This document shows, piece after piece, positions 37,666 to 51,800 of a DNA stretch of 64,000 nt (within the stretch, counting starts at the first letter, position 1; the number at the start of each line of letters is the position of its first letter). The stretch spans positions 39,556,001 through 39,620,000 of the forward strand of contig JBITNC010000002.1 of assembly GCA_050084985.1 (NCBI GenBank). The letters are read 5' to 3'. The DNA comes from Nageia nagi. Lineage: Eukaryota > Plantae > Pinophyta. A program made the position numbers and the translations under genes. The notes under the pieces were generated by a model. That model had not been told where the DNA came from, made no database searches, and saw nothing but the letters and a program-made list of their open reading frames with translations.

Positions 37666-38404
37666 TAATGACCCGCCACAAGGTATGGAGTATGGATTAT
37701 AGTGTAAGGGTTCAGAAGTGGACATAGATTTAATTATGTGCTATCACATGGTGTCTGTCCTGGTATTGTCTTTTAACGATAAATTCAGAAATACCATCAA
37801 GGTGGGAATCAGCCACTGCCATGAAATGAAACTATGCTATCTCCTTGTATTGTATTTTAGGAATGATTTCATGCAATCAATTTGTAAACAAACCTTGAAA
37901 AAGGCTTTTTGCACCAAATTTTGTACTCGAGTTCTCTAAAAGTCATCTCATGTCAACAGGCCAACCAGCATGTTATGATTTGCTCCTCAAGTATAGGATT
38001 TTGCTTTGGTACCATACTTCCTAAAAAGTTTTAAATTGAATATTTAAGATTTATTGTTTGAATTCAACCTCTTTAAGAATTTTTTTTGGCATACACATGA
38101 GAAGTATATAAATCGCCAAACTTGAACTAAGAACCTCCCAATTCAATGGAAATTGGCTGCTACACTCAGTAAAAATATTATACTGGAATAGAACTCTCTT
38201 CCGTGCCACTTTCAGACATGTCAAATCCTGGTGAACATACATATTTTGTCATGATTCTCTACTTCTACTTCTCCTTTTGGTACAGCAGAGCAGAGGTTAT
38301 TGTTTGACTGATATCCAACAGATCAAAATAGTTTTTCCGTGATACCAATCCAGAATTTAGTTCAGATGCATGACATGAATCTTCAAGCAAGCAACTCAAT
38401 TTCT

Positions 38405-38654
38405 TTCTAAATGCGATAAGTAATATAATATTTGAGGTTTCTTGTGGAAGTAAAGTTAGATGGAAGTTGGATCTATCAATATTTATTTATTGTGGTTTAT
38501 TTGAGTAGTTTTAAAAAATTTAAATTATAGTTTATTCTAAATGTGATAAGTAATATAATATTTGAGGTTTCTTGAGTCATGGAAGTTGGATCTATTAATA
38601 TTTATTTATTGTGGTTTATTTGAGTAGTTTTAAAAAATTTATATTATAGTTTAA
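38405..38654. repeat. ~125-bp direct tandem duplication
   Basis: TTCTAAATG(C/T)GATAAGTAATATAATATTTGAGG... starts at 38405 and again at 38535. Confidence 0.85.
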
Positions 38655-39689
38655 AGTTAAATTTAAATAATTATATGAATTGATAGATAGGGAAGTTGGA
38701 GAGGTGGGTAGTTTAAAGCTTTCATGAGGAAGATTCAGGTTTAAAACCTCTTTATCCTTAAAAGTTGAAATATACCTAAAATCTTATCCAATTGATTGTA
38801 GATGCTCATGAGGTGGAAATGGGAGTATCCCAGATTCTTGGCTCTAATTTTTGAAGAGTATAATTTAATATTTATTTAAAATATTATTTTTTTGAAAGTA
38901 TTTTTTATTAGAGTTGTAAATATTATATAGTTTATAAAAATTAAATTAGAAGAATTTTTTAAAGTAAAATTGAAATTTAAAAAAAAATCTATTCTATTAA
39001 AATTAATTTGATATAGTTGGAAAAAAGGTATCTCAACTCCAAAATTTAAAAGAAAAAAAAATATTGAAATTTTTATTTTAATCTTCATAATGAAAATTAC
39101 TCAATTTAAATATCTTACATGTATGATAAAGAGAAAAATATTAATCAAGAAGAACCTTAAGTTCAAATCCTTATATGCTACTCAACCTTCAACCTTCAAT
39201 TGACATTTGCCCTTGCCATTCAATAAGTTTTTTATGAATACTTATCCAAAAAATTTATATCCTTCGAAATACATTAATAATATAATAAAATTATGTTGTA
39301 TTTATAATATTATAGATGAATATTTTAAAAAATCAATGAATTTATAATTTTTTTATTTTACTGTAGCATAGGACAGTGGAGAATTAAATGTTGCATGTGT
39401 GTCAGTCAACATGTAAACAATATTAAAAAAAAAAAAAAGAATTTAAGAAAAATATAGTTGGCTAAGAAAAAATATATCTACATAACTATATAAATAAATA
39501 AATAAAAACCATTCTCCCATAAAATAAAAATAATTCACATAAAAATAATTTTCATATTAGATAATTAGAATAGGAAATTACAAATAATTAAAATAAAAGA
39601 TAAATTTGAAAATGATATTTCTTGATGTTTTTTCATATATAAAAGATTATATCAAAACTAGTTATTATATCTTGGAGAGATGAATTATT

Positions 39690-40525
39690 TTTCTAACCTA
39701 CAAGTCAAGCAATTCTCCAATGGAATTTTAATCACTTAGTCCAAATGTGTGGAAGATCTGCTAGCCTACTTCAAGATGCAAAGATGCATACCCGTTAATA
39801 CACTAGTTGTTATCGAAGCTAAGCTGTTTAAGGAAGACTCCTCTCCACATGTTGATGCCACTATGTACTAGTCCTTAATATGTAATATTATGTATCTCAT
39901 TACTACCAGAATAGACATCATGTTTGTTGTAAGCAAAGTAGCTTGATTCATGCACTCACCACATCAAACACATTAGATTGCAGCCAAGCAGGTCCTATGT
40001 TATGTGAGTGGCAAATGTCAATATTGGCTATGGTATAAATCCTCAAACCAAGCAATGTTATAGGCCTAAACAAATGTTGATTGGGTTGGATGTCTTGATG
40101 ATTGAAAGAGCACATCAGATTACAAATTCTTCTTTGAAGAATCTTTGGTCTCATGGAGCAGCAAGAAGCAACCCACTATTGCATTTTCATCAGCAGAAGA
40201 TGAGTAAATTGCTATCTCTGCCACTTGCACATAATCCATTTGGCTTGCCCATTTGTTTGAAGATTTGGGTATGGATATTGAGCTCCTCATTTTAGTACAT
40301 TGTGACAATCTCAAAATGATTACCATGACCAAGAACCCTGTATTTCACAGTAGGAAAAGGTGCATTGATATATGCCATCACTTTATGAGAGATTTGGTTG
40401 AAGATGCTTTTATCCAATTTACTGGTTCTCAAATTGTAGACATATTTACAAAACCATTACCCAAGGATCATTTCTTCTACCTTTAGATCCAACTTAGAGT
40501 CCAAACCTTAGACATTTAGGGGGTG
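39690..40525 (+). mobile_element. Truncated Ty1/Copia fragment (end of RT, RNase H, PPT)
   Basis: Motifs TRIDIMFVVS, SWSSKKQPTIAFSSAE, HCDN, KNPVFHSRKRCIDICHHFMRDLV and QIVDIFTKPL. PPT-like AGGGGG at ~40518. Confidence 0.9.
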
Positions 40526-43399
40526 AACATTGGCAAATCTTGACAAGCTCAGGATATTGGTTAGACTCTATATATATTGCATGTCTTTAACTTTGTTTTT
40601 CTTTGTATTTTTTTTTTTGGCAAACAGATAAAGTGTTCTCATTTTTTCATAGAAATTAAAGAGGTGATTGAAAATTTTTAATCTCCATTCTAGGATCTAC
40701 TTTAGTCTTTGGGCTCTCTTCCTCCATTCTGGGCTCTATCTCCATACCCTAGAGTACATCCTCTTCAACCTCTATTGACCCCATGCTTTGGGACTTTTTG
40801 ACTAGAATTTTTATCTCTCAAAATTCAAGCACTACCTCAATATATTTGAACATTGTTGTATATGTAGGTCTTCTGAGTCCCGAGCATTATTGGCCTCTCG
40901 CACTTTGGGCACTACCTCAATATCTTCGAGCATCGTTGTATCTACGTGTCTTTCGGGTCTTGAGCACTATTGGCCTCTCACGCTTCAGGCACTACTACTT
41001 GCACTTTCAGGATTTGTTTTTCGAGCATTGTTATTACTTCTTGAACTTTGGGATTTAACTACATCTTCTTTGGGTGTTAATTCTTTAGGAATTCTTTGGT
41101 GACTCCGAGCTTTACCATACCCCATGCTTTGGGACATTCTTTTCGGGCTCTATCTCTTTTGGGTAGTAACAAACCTCGGGAACTATTTTTTACCTTTTGA
41201 GTTGCAAGTATTGATAACATTCATCATTTTTGGTGAGTGACATCACCATTTTATAGCTCAAATCTTGGGATTTATTACCCTATCACATCCCTCTTACATC
41301 AAAACCCAGATTTACACTGCAAAAATGTTCATATAAGGGATTTCTACCTTGAAATTAAATGTTCAACTATCGACACTAGTTTTTGAACATCAGCATTAAT
41401 ATTTTTATGTTTTAGACGTCATGCATACAAGGGTATGGGATTCCTTTACTCTCTGCAGAAAGGATGATAGAATGCATGCATGGACCCATGCTATATTTAA
41501 TTATATTTTGACCAAGTAGCACGTATGTAATATTTTATTTTAGTATAAGTCTAGATATCCTATCTGTAAGCTAAGGATGGAGGAGCAAATTAAAGATCTA
41601 TGTATGTTTTCCTGTTAGCTCTAAGAGAGCATTGTAAAAATTTTACTTCTCTGCAATACAAATAATATTTTGGTCTCCCATTTATCTTATTGTTTATTCT
41701 ACCTATGGTTATCCTCATTGTGCTTTGGCTATACACATTATTTGTTCTCTTCTTTTCAAAATTTTCATATTCTAGTATAATTAAGTAGAATACATTATGA
41801 ACAAAATCATATATTATTTGTATCTTGGGATTTAGAGAGATTGATATTTGATAAAATCAAAATGTTGTATTTCAATATTATTGGATAAAGTAAGTTATTA
41901 ATAGTTTTTATAGAATTGGATAGGAGTTTAGAATATTGTATGATGGAATTTGAAGATAGAATTACACTAAAATTTTATGTGATCTACATGCAAGAGAATA
42001 AATAGATTATGATTTGGATTTTATTTGAGGACCTCTTAGGTTTAGAATCGAATATGAGGTGATGATATTCAAAAGATCTAGATATGGGGAATTGGGATTT
42101 GTCTATTTTATTTTAAATAAAATAATATGATACTAAGTGATGGTTTCAAGAGATCTAGTTCTTAGGAGGAAATTAAATTAATTAATATTAACGCATTTGA
42201 TATGAATAAAATGATGTTATCTTGAAATGAAGATAATATCTTAATTAAGATAAGAATATCTAGGTATAAGATATTCTTAAGACTTGGCAAAAAAGTTTTG
42301 TAAGGTTACTCCAAATGGAATATTATTATTGAGTATTCTTTTTAAGAATGACATAAAGCCTTAGGTCAATGGAGGGATATCTTAGTGAATAATATTCAAG
42401 TGAACTTTATAGAAAATGTTTATGTGTAACGAAATGAAACTTATAGAAAATGTTTATGTGTAATGAAATGAAACTTATAGTGTGTTATAACAAGGAGCAT
42501 TCATGCTACGTAGAGCATAGATGTTGCTTTGTATACAAAATGTAATGAAAAAGAAACCTTGTACAACATAGATAATTCATCAAGTGTAGATGAGATATCT
42601 AAGAGGAATCCAATGATTAAGAATCACAATAGGAAGTATATGATAAGGTAAACAAGAAACTAAAATACATTCACATTAATAGTGCTTGTATTTAGGGTAC
42701 ATTATTAAATATTGCAAGTACAAAGGAAAAGGATTAGGTAAGAATAAGAAACATATGGTTTAACTTCCTTTAGACTTGAGAATAACTTCTAAGATGAATA
42801 AGAAGAAATCAAGAATGAATAGCTCCTCCATATCAAAATCTGATTTAAAATATAGATCAAAAATATATTCGAAATCAGGATTAGAAGATAGTGATTTAAA
42901 CTCAAGTGAGGCATCAATAAACATGGTGGAAATTATGCAATTATCAAAATATCTTAGAAGAAACTCCATGCAAAGGAATAAGAGCATTCATGGTAAGGGT
43001 AGTGCTAGCACTAGTGGTAGCAATTGTGCTCATATAATAGATCAACCATCTCCATTTTTTATTCTTTCCTCATTAGATCTTGTCCATGTAGATGTGTTTT
43101 AGATAAAAGTTATAATTTTGGATATATTACGGTAAGGACTAAGTTTTCAAAAAGATATCCCAAGAGAAGGAGTACCAAATTCTTTCAACCTCATGCATAC
43201 TTTGGATCAAAGGTATAAGATATATTAGGTTCTTCCCTCCTATATTAGTTTACCTTATCATTTTTGCACTAGAAGTAGGAGGAGTAGGCATATGTAGTTA
43301 TAAAGGGGATGGTGTTCATAAGAAGAATGACATGGTTGATCTAATTTTATGACAGGTTTTGGGGGTATTATCAATTCCTCCTCAATTAAGAAATGAAGT

Positions 43400-46300
43400 A
43401 ACTTAGTTGAATGAAGATATAATAGACATTAACTTGGGGACCAAAAAGATCCCAAGGTTATCAAGATTGGGGCATGGTTCAATGACCCAAAAAGAAAAGA
43501 CTATCATAAGTTTATGCTTATATTTGGGGAATGTTTTACATGGATTTATGATGATATGTTTGAGCTTGACCTTGAGTTTGTAATGCATAGTATGATAGTT
43601 TGTGAAGATGCAAAATTGATTCAAAAGAAAACAAGGCCTACGTATCCCAATATGGCTATTTTGGTTGAGAAGAAGATATATAAATATATCAAATTTGGAT
43701 TCATTGAGCTCATTGATTATTCACTTTGGCTATCCAATATAGTCTCAATCATGAATCCAAGTGGAGAGGTAAGATGTTGCAAATATTTTAGGGACATCAA
43801 CAAAGTATGCCCCAAGGATAATTTCCATCTTTCTCACATTGACATGATTATAGATTCAATAGCTAGGTATGAATGTATCTTGTTTATTTATGGCTTTTCA
43901 AGATACACTCAGATAAGAATTAATCTGGATGACATGTGTAAGATAATGTTTTACACTTATAGGGTAAAATTTATTATAAATTCATACCCTTTGGTATCAA
44001 AAATGTAAGAGTAATATATCAAAGATGCATGATACCCATGCTTCATAATTTGATCCATAAAATAGTTGAAGTGTATGTGTATGACATATTAGTTAAATAT
44101 AATAGAAAGGAAGATCATATCAAAAGATTTAGAAGACATTTTTGAGAGATTAGGAAAGTATAAGCAATGATTTAAATCTCACAAATATGTTTCTGCAGTT
44201 TCAAGTGGAAATTCATTGGGCTCCATTATCTCCAAAAGTGAGATAGAAGTAGACCCTAAGGAGGTAAAATCCATAAATGAAATACCTTATCCAAATACTC
44301 TCAAGATACTAAGAAGTTTCTGAGGCAAGATGACTTCTATAAGAAGATTCATATCTCAGTTGGCAAATAAGATTGCTCCATATAGCCACTTGCTCGAGAA
44401 GAATGTCAATATTGTTTGGGACAAGAAATACCAAGAAGCCTTTGATGTTAGAAAAATACATTTACTTAATCCTCTAAGTTTAGCTCCTATTGATCATTCC
44501 AAAACTTTGTTATTATATATCTTAGGTATAGATCAAGCCTTGGGGCTAATGTTAGCTCAAAAAGGAGATGATTATAAACAAAGGGTAGTTTACTATGTTT
44601 CTAAAATATTTCTTAAGCATGAGAAGAGATATACTTAAATTGAGGAACTATGTTATGCTATTGTATATGCTAGTGAAAAATTAATGCATTAAATGATAGC
44701 ACAATATTTGTGGTAGCTCAAATTGATCACCTCAAATTTATATTATCATATCTTCAAGGAAATCCAACAAAATGAGTGATATTATTGCAAGAGTTTGATC
44801 TCTTTTATGTGCATCAAAAATCCATAAAAGGACATGTCATAGTTGATTTCTTAGCCAATTCTCTATGTAAATATTTCATTCCTTGCCAAGAAGAATTCAA
44901 AGATGAAGTTGTAGCCTTTGTAAAAGAATATGAAGAGGTATAGACTTTTCCTTTGATGGTACAAAGTACCATAAAGGGGTTATTGCAATAATAGTGCTTA
45001 TTAATCCTCAACGAGGGATTATTCCCATGGCATATCAACTCAATTTTGAATGTACGAATAATGTGGCTAAGTATGAGAATTTGATCTTAGATATGAAGGT
45101 AATAGTCATACTAAACACTCAAAACTTGATCATATACGAAAATTCTCAATTAGTAATCAATCAAATCAATGGATTTCACAACACCAAATATGAGAAGTTA
45201 ATCTCATACAAAGAGTTGGTTGAGGAATTGACACAAGTATTTTTAGCCACAAATTTTCACTTATAAGCAAATATTAGAATTTATAAACTTTAAATTTGGC
45301 TAATTTTGAAGGTCAAAATTAGTTCCAAATCACCAAAATTTGGTTAAAAAAATCATTTTTAAAGCTCAATTCATCAAAAATTTAATATTATTTAAAATTT
45401 TAAAATTTAATTCACCTTTTATTAAACAAAAAATGATCAGATTCACTATAATTTTATAATCAAATTTTTAAAATTGAAAAAATTGCCAAAATATCATAAA
45501 CCTTAAAAGCTAAAAGGAAGATATGAAAATTCAAATCCCTTGATTAACTGTGGAAACCTTAAATCTTAAAAGAATCTCTAAAAATATGAATCCCTAAACT
45601 AAATATAGAAATCCTAAAAGATAAAATGAATCCATAAAATCATAAACCATATATATATGAATAACCTTCAAAACCGTAATTGGTATAGCATTCCCATATG
45701 AAAATTCCCTTAGAGCTTGTTGTAATACTAATGGACACTAAATCTTGATCCAAACCTAGCCTTTCTACAATCATTGCGACCATTTATAAAGAATATATAG
45801 CAAAAAATGAGAATTTAACTTAATTTTAAATGCTTTGTTTTATTTTATTTTTTTAGAATAGATTATATCTACAACCATCCGGGTGCACCTTCAACCAATT
45901 TTTCAGGCTTGAAGAATGGTTGTAGATGTAACTTATTAGCCTTGGTTGCATATGCAATTGATGGGTTACATATGTATGTTGATAGCTTACATCTACAACC
46001 TACAAATTGATATAATAGGGTACCATAGTATGGTGGAACCACATTGCCAAACCAAACAGTAGCACCACATTGTCATTCGGTAGCAAGGTGCCATTGAAAG
46101 GTAGCATCATGTTGTCATTCGATAACAAGGTACCACCAGATGATAGCACCATGCTTTTCACTACTACATTTTGGACATTTTGTCAATCCATGCATCATAA
46201 AAAAAAAACATTTTGATATCATGATGCAACATATGTCACTGTATAGAATGCCTACATCAAAGGATATCAAACAAATATGTTGATGCTTATTTTGACATTT

Positions 46301-48590
46301 CAGATGATGTTATGAGTGATGCTTTCTTTTTAGAAAAATGATGTTAAATTTGGTGTGTCTTTTAACATAGATTTTTTACATTTTGATGATGCTTTATTTG
46401 ATGCTAATGTTGATGTATTTTCCATAAAAAATGATACTTTATTTGATGTTTTAATTGATGCTTTATTAGTTTAAATTTTAATGTTTTATTTGATGTTTAA
46501 GTTGATGATCCATGTGAATTTTATTTTGATGTTACGTTCATGATTCGCATATATAGATTGCATGAATATTTATTGTAATCTATAGTTTATGTCTTGATAT
46601 GATGTTGGATTCTCTAGGAAGGGATGTCATTGTCCAACAACACTCCACTATCATTCGATAGTGGTGTGTCATTGGACGATAACCCCATATCATCGAATGG
46701 TAGTGGGGTGCCATCGGATGGTAGCATCCCCCTTGTAACATTAAAAATAATATAATATAAGATAATAAAAATTAAATAAAATATTTAAATAGTTTAAAAA
46801 TTTAATAATTTAATTAAATAATTAGTTAAATAAATTTATTATTAATATTTTTTTAATGTTGCAATCGTATGGTTGCAACATGCAATTATCTGATTTTATC
46901 ATAGTCTAAATTGTCTTAAATGAATTCTAAAAAATTATGAAACTTTATATTCACCTCTTTTATCATTTATTTTTTAACTTCATTTTAATTTTCCATCATT
47001 GTGATATATTATTCCCTAAAATTCATCACTAACAATGTGAATCAAATTCACCTTAGTTTCTATTAAAAAAATTAGGTAGAGGGTGTTATAAAAACTATGG
47101 GAGTTGATTATCAAGTTCTTCAAGCAAGTAAATTTGAGAGCACTCCAAGGAATAATAGTAGGTTTTATGATTTCATGGTTAGTGTTGCTTCATTGAATCC
47201 TATCCCAATAGAATATGAACAAATATTCATCAAGATTTAGAGTTTGAGAGACCCATCTCACATCAAGGATGAAAATGTTAAGATTGATCTTATCTACACT
47301 GAAGATACTATTGCCCTTTATGTTGTACCTCATGTTCCATGGTACAAATACATTCATGTGTTTCTCAAACATGGAACCATTACTAAAGAATTTGAAAAAA
47401 AGATCTCTAAAGGAAAGACTCAAAAGGATAATAGTAAGGTATGTCTTAATTCATGATGTTTTGTACAAAATATCTTTTGATGGTATTTTTCTTAGATGTT
47501 TAATTGATGACAAAGATGAGAAAGCAATAGAACAAGTTCATGAAATCTAAAATATAACTAAATTCAATGGTAATACCATATTTCATAAGATTTTAATATT
47601 GGTATGTTATTGACCCTCCATGAAAATAGATTGTGTTATGCATGTTAGAAAGTGTGAGAGACATCAAAAGAATGCTAACTTATAGCTAGCTCCCTTAAGT
47701 GAACTTCACACAATAGTTTATCCTTTTCTATTTTCAATAAGGGAATAGACTTAGTAAGAGTGGTTAATCCAAAATCAAGGGAGGTTCATAAGTTCATAAT
47801 CATAGCTACTGATTACTTCGCAAAATGGGTTGAAGCCATCCCTTTAAGATCCTCAAATTATCAAATTTCTTATGGAAAACATCATAGCTAAATTTGGATT
47901 CCCATCTATAATATTTATGGATGGAAAAGTTGTAGGGAGTTTTTGTAGAGCCTTTCACATCCAACAAAATTTTTATTCCATAGTTTATCCCTAAAGAAAT
48001 GGTCAAGTTAAGGCAATGAATAAAATATTTTTCAACATCCTTTGCAAAATAATCCAAAAGCATAAGAGAGATTGGCATGAGTAGTTGGTATATGAGTAGT
48101 TGGTATATGCATTATGGGTTTATAGGATAAGCATTAGGTTAGGAATAAGTAGTACTTCTTATTCCTTTGTATGTGAAGATGAGTAAATCCTATCTCTAGA
48201 TCTAGAAATCCCATTTTTGAAAGTGTCCTTTGAATAAATTATTGATGAAGAAGATAACAGGAAAGCAAAATTGAGTCAACTAGAAAGTTTGGATGAAAAG
48301 AGGTTACATGCCTTGGAACAATGAGGTTATATTAGAGCTTAATCAAAATATATTATGCAAAGAAGAAAATAAAAAGGAGTTCAAGGTTGGATTCTTGGTC
48401 CTTACAGAGAACCATCAAAAGAAAAAGGCTAAAATAGAATAAAAAGGCAAGTTAGGGTTTAAATGGATTGGACCAAATGTCATTGTTGCCAAGTATCCTA
48501 ATGGAGCTTACAAATTACATATAGTAGAAGGAAAACAAGATAAGTTTTATACTAATGTAATACACTTCAATCCCATCTATGCTTAAGAAG
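43400..48590 (+). mobile_element. Decayed Ty3/Gypsy pol of the Tat (Ogre/Retand-type) clade: RT-RH-aRH-INT
   Basis: RT: WLSNIV..GEVRCC.YFRDINKVCPKDNF, GFSRYTQI. RNase H: LLLYI...ALGLMLAQ..RVVYYVSK. Additional RNase H: FECTNNVAKYENLI. Integrase: IIIATDYFAKWVEAIPL, NGQVKAMNK. An aRH between RH and INT is the Ogre/Retand arrangement. LTRs were not confidently located. Confidence 0.9.
45239..47111. mobile_element. ~1.87-kb non-coding insertion (unclassified, probably a non-autonomous DNA element) inside the Gypsy aRH domain
   Basis: CAAGT flanks both sides (45234-45238, 47112-47116). Removing the insert restores the frame EELTQVLQASKFESTPRNNSRFYDFMVSVASL. The insert contains palindromic GTGCCATCGGATGGTAGCA-like motifs. 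Confidence 0.75.
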
Positions 48591-50329
48591 GATAGTCATA
48601 TTTAGTTCATGTTCTTATTTTTTGTCTCTTATCAGTTTTATCATCTTTAGTTGAGTTCATGAGTTTTCTTTTAGAATGAACTTTCATTTTTCCACCTAAA
48701 ATTTACACCAAGAAGTAAGTATATGCATTATTTTAAAATAATGGCAATTCCTTTGATTCAAGAGAAAACATATTTGAGTAGTCCATATAAGAAAACTCTT
48801 CAGGATTACTTCATCAAACAAGTTGTTATCCAAATCAAAAAAGATCATTCAATAGCATTTTCTTCAAGGAATTAATAAGAAAAAAAATTAATGTTTATAA
48901 AGGAAACATTCTCAACACCACAAGGTGGTCAAGCAATTTCAAGATCAAAAGTTTGTATAAAATAACATCGACATTGCTAATAGTGCAAGTGTTGGGATGG
49001 TTGATAATACAATCCTCTATTTTTTGCATGCTTCCTTCAAAAGGTAAGTGTAGGTATTATTATCTATCTCATATTTGTCCTTATATGTTCAATACTATAC
49101 TACCTAATGGTACCTAGGATAAAGGTTACCTATAGTGAGAAAAATCATTATGATGTCAACTATCTTTTACTATGTTTTTCCTTTATTGGTTGTGTTTTAA
49201 ATTAATTATCACAATTATAAGAATATGGTATAGTACCTCATGATGATATCCATCCTCATATATTATATCCTTTACATATTATGTTAATTTCATCTTGTCT
49301 TCATTAAAAATGTATCTATTTAAGATGAATATATATATGCTCTTTGGATATTTTATTTTATGTTATCTCATTTCAAGTTTTTTGCATTTGATTGTAATAA
49401 ATTATCATAGCTTCTTGTAATACAATCAATGCAAAGAGGGATCAGGATACATCATTCAAAAATGTGTTAATTTCAAGCCTTTCTACAATAAGGAATTCTT
49501 GTCTATCCTTTTCTATATTTTCCTTTGCAAGCATAATTATATTTCATTTCTTTAAACTTGCTAAGAAGGGCATCTATTGGGACTTAATTTTAATACCTAA
49601 TATCACAAATTAATTATCATATTATTTAAACTACACCATTATGGTCATTTAGGCCAGCTTATGTGCCCCTGTCATGTTGTTTCTCTTTTTTTTGTGTTAG
49701 GCCGTTAGCATAAAGGCTACAATATGCATTATGGTAGATCTCTTGCATATAAATGGAGATAAAGTAAGATGAGGAGGGTATCAAGATTCATGTATCAATA
49801 ATCACACTCAATATCAAAAACATTTAGGTCCCTCTCGACACTTCTTATCAAGATTGAGATATATATCATAATAGAACTTTGTTGTTCATCTTTCATAATA
49901 TACTAAAATAGGTTTATTGTATTATTATTATTACTGAGAATCTAAATTATGAAGACTAACTCACAAGGATCATAGCATATGAATTACCCGTGGCATCTAC
50001 ATTGCCTATGGAATTTGTATAGCTACTAGCATCCATTCTACTTTGCAGGTCTATCCTTCTACAGAGTATTACACATAAGTTATGAATTTGATCCAATGGC
50101 CTAGGTATCATTATTATTTGATCTATATTATTAATACCTTAGGTTATTGCATATTATTTGTACTTATTCATTTATCAAGATTCATAAGTTCATTTCAATA
50201 GTAATCTTATTAGTTTTAGTAGGTGATTATAAATAATTAATCAATAGTAGGGTTAATTTTAATCATCTATATTAATCCTTGAAATATAGTATTCAAAAAG
50301 TATGGACTTCCTTAAAAATGGTACTCTCC

Positions 50330-51800
50330 TTGAAGGCTTGAATAAGAATCAAGATGTGATAAATTCATATCTTTATTTATATTTGGGGTTATAAAGGTTC
50401 ATTATTAAGACTTTTGGAACCAATATGAACTATTTATTTTGAAATTCCCAAAGCTAGAGAGATAAAAAGTAGAGCTCTAGGAGGTAGGGTGGTTGAAATC
50501 TTGCCACTATATGAAATCATTGAATTAGTACATTCTAGAATTTTTACAATGGAAACATTGCAAGGAACGACCAATGAGGAGGATAAAGGAATTGATAGAA
50601 AAATTATGGAGATATCTCAAAAGACACCCAATTTAAGATGGCTCCAAGAGGGATATACTAGAATGGGGAGAAAGCGAGTTGGGAATATGTGTGTGTGTGT
50701 GTGTGTGTGTGTGGAAAAGGAGGGATATAAGGTATCTTGTTGATATGATACTTCCCCATGACCATTCCCATAGTCATTTATATGGAAAAAGTAAAGGTGG
50801 CCTAGAATTGACTTTTTCTCATGATTTATTAATCATGGAAGGTGCTTGATATTTGACAATATGAAAAAAAGGCTTCCACTATACCTCCAAATGTATACCT
50901 TATATAAAGGATATGGATACCTTAAATCATGTCTTTTTTTAGCATTCTTTTATTGAGGATATATAGATCAAATGGTAGGGGTAGATGAGAAAGAGATGGG
51001 AAATTTTTGAGAACCCAAAAACCTTTTGTGAGAGATGGAAATAAAGAAGCTTTAAGATCAAAATAATGAAATTGGTGTGGAAGTTGGGACCTACTTTTAT
51101 ATGGTGGAAGTTATGGTTAGAATGGAATGCATGAATATTTAGTTCAAAGTATAGAAAAAGGGAGAAAATATGGTAAATGATGATTAATAAGGTGATGAAT
51201 AAAATCTATTAGATTACACAAGGAAAAATACGTAGAAAAGAGGAAGTGACCATCCTTGGAAACTTAAGGATCACTATTAAAAAAATTAAGTGTTGGAAAT
51301 ACAAGAGAGAGTCCACTAAGCACCATAAAGTGGATATCATTACCTAAAGAATGGTCAAATGCCAACATGGATAGTGCCTCCACTAAAAAACTAGAAAAAA
51401 AATTGGTTTTGGTCTCATCATAAGGAATTGGGAAGGTGACTAAGTGTACTCAAGAATGGAAGGCATAGAGGAGAAAATAAATAATAAATAAAATGGATAG
51501 GTGTTTTTTCAACATCCATAAAAGTGATAAAACTACACTTACATAATCTATGGATATAGATAGACTCTCAAGTATGGGCCAAAATTTTAAACCTGATAAA
51601 ATCTTTCTAGGTGTTATGAATTAAGTAGAGAAGATAGTGGAAGTAATTTGAAAGGTTTGGATATTTTTATTTCACATATGAAGGGAGAGGGAAACAAGGT
51701 GGTGGTTTATTTGGGAAAATATAGAAAGGAATAGGAGTTAGGATAATACATGGAGAAATAAGAGTATGGAAGAGTTTAATTTTTACCATGATATCAATAA
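50330..51800 (+). mobile_element. Degenerate 3' fragment of an L1-type LINE with zf-RVT and RNase H-like domains
   Basis: WPRIDFF..HGRCLIFDN at ~50797-50862; WISLPKEWSNANMDSAS (W.PP..GW.K.N.DGAS-like) at ~51331; REGNKVV at ~51686. Boundaries approximate. Confidence 0.65.
50688..50713. repeat. (TG)n microsatellite
   Basis: About 13 TG units. Confidence 0.95.

Noticed and set aside
41360-50080. Possible paired LTRs for the Ogre-type element (~41370-41740 and ~49575-50075)
   Set aside because: The two segments do not align convincingly by eye, and no TSD was found.
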